64,000 bases of DNA. Origin: Hypanus sabinus. Taxonomy: Eukaryota. The notes beneath the pieces were generated by a model. That model had not been told where the DNA came from. It was given only the letters and a program-made list of their open reading frames with translations, and searched no databases. Below, in pieces: positions 62,588-64,000 of this stretch. How positions within the stretch are numbered: position 1 is the first letter of the stretch; every line of letters begins with the position of its first letter. Location: positions 22,320,001 through 22,384,000 of the forward strand of contig NC_082713.1 in assembly GCF_030144855.1 (NCBI RefSeq), in the 5' to 3' direction. The translations under genes and the position numbers were made by a program.

Positions 62588-63017
62588 AGCTTAAGTCATT
62601 GTTCAAGGTGTAGAATGTTTTAGAGCAGAAGTTTCCAACCTGGGGTTCATGGACCCCTTGCTTAAAGGTATTGGTTCATGGTATAAAAAAGTTGGGCTTG
62701 CTTGTTTAAAGGGATATGGGGCATATGGAACTAACTTAAAAGGACATCTTGGTTGGCTTGGATCATTTCAGCCAAAGGGCCTGTTTCCCTGCTGCATGAC
62801 TCAACGACTTTATGACTACTCTCAAGATCTTTCCTCTTTTCATCAGTTCACTGAAGATAATGAAAGATAGGGGTGAAGCAAGTCTGCCCAGCCCATTGAT
62901 GACTGTGGTCTTATACCAACCTTCCAGGGTTTTAGCACCAAGATAAATCTTCCCAGTTGTTGTACTTCTGCTGTTGTGTAGGAAAGTTCTCCCCATTACA
63001 TCACTTATTTGAAAATA

Positions 63018-63528
63018 AGCATTAGCTTTATTTGTCACATGTACTTCGAAACACACAGTGAAATGGGCCATTTGCATCAAATCAAATCAACAAAGATTGT
63101 GTTGGGCAGCCTGAAAGTGTTGCCATGTTCCAGCACCAACACAACATGCCTACAGCTCATTTGACCTACCCCTAACCGTATGTCTTTGCAATGTAAGAGG
63201 AAACTGGAGCACCGGTAGGAAACCACCACAGTCATAGAGAGAAAGTACAAGCTCTTTACAGACAGCAGTGAGAATTCAACAGTTCATTTATTATCAAGGT
63301 ATACCACTCTGAAATTCTTCTTCCCCAGACAGCCACGAAACCAAGAAAGAAAAGAAACAACATGATCATCAACCCTCAAATCCCCCTCCCATGCACAATT
63401 AAATGAGAAAGATTGGGCAATAAATGCCAAATATTAAAACAAGCTGAAAAAAAATGTCCACACTCCCAAGTCGATCTTACTTCTGGTGCTATAAAGCATT
63501 ACACTAACTGCTATGCTACCATGCTGAC
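63018..63528 (-). mobile_element. tRNA-derived SINE interrupted by another repeat (about 63280-63480)
   Basis: Tail and body match the 3680 copy; head cagcatggtagcatagcagttagtg at about 63500-63527. Confidence 0.6.
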
Positions 63529-64000
63529 CCAAATTTGTATTGTCCTTTTCTATCTTCTTAGATCCCCATCGTTGAGATAGTGTCATCAGTGAGATATTAG
63601 CCTGTCTCCTGAAGCAAGGCAATAATTAGCTCCAGTAAAACCTCCCTGCTTAACTCCTGAATGTTTTGGATTTTCCCTGTTTCTTTTTTCTATGCTCCCT
63701 GCACTACATGAGTAACATTTTAATCTGGTTCCACATTTAGAATTGAATAATAGAGTACATTATAAAACCTCAGCAGAGCTTGTACAGATCTGCGCTTCAG
63801 CAGTTTAGATGCAGAACCCAACATTGTATTTGTAATTTCAATTTCTGCACCAGTTTGCATTCACATTAAAAAGTGATGGGTTTCTTGTGTTGTACTGAAT
63901 GAATCCAAATTGTTTTATATTTATGAGATGTTTTCCACCAGTGAATAGAAAACCTTAAATTCAGTGTTTCCTTTGTAAATTTAGCTGCATAGTATTGTAG

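Noticed and set aside
1-64000. CRISPR arrays, operons, tRNA/rRNA genes or other prokaryotic systems
   Set aside because: No regularly spaced repeat-spacer arrays; the DNA is intron-rich vertebrate sequence; tRNA-like boxes belong to SINE heads

Overview
Eukaryotic, AT-rich and repeat-dense genomic DNA. The repeat families (CR1-type LINEs, Rex1/Babar-type LINEs, tRNA-derived SINEs, Penelope-derived foldback elements) are consistent with a cartilaginous fish, probably a ray; this is inference. The only host gene is a + strand visual arrestin whose sequence best fits cone arrestin (ARR3). I read 13 coding exons by hand (exons 4-16 in the 16-exon SAG numbering), from 3563 to the TAA at 61498-61500. 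All have GT-AG boundaries and matching phases, and they join into an uninterrupted 357-aa C-terminal part: [357 protein letters not shown]. The 5' exons lie upstream of the window. Almost all ORF-track entries are decayed retroelement fragments or noise. The main leads are: (1) a stop codon overlapping the exon-15 donor followed by three AATAAA hexamers, predicting a p44-like tail-less isoform; (2) a decayed tandem duplicate of the 24-nt splice-loop microexon; (3) minimal hammerhead-ribozyme cores in short palindromic Penelope-derived elements; (4) solo LTRs with clean TSDs and nested insertions. Repeat boundaries are approximate unless a TSD is given.
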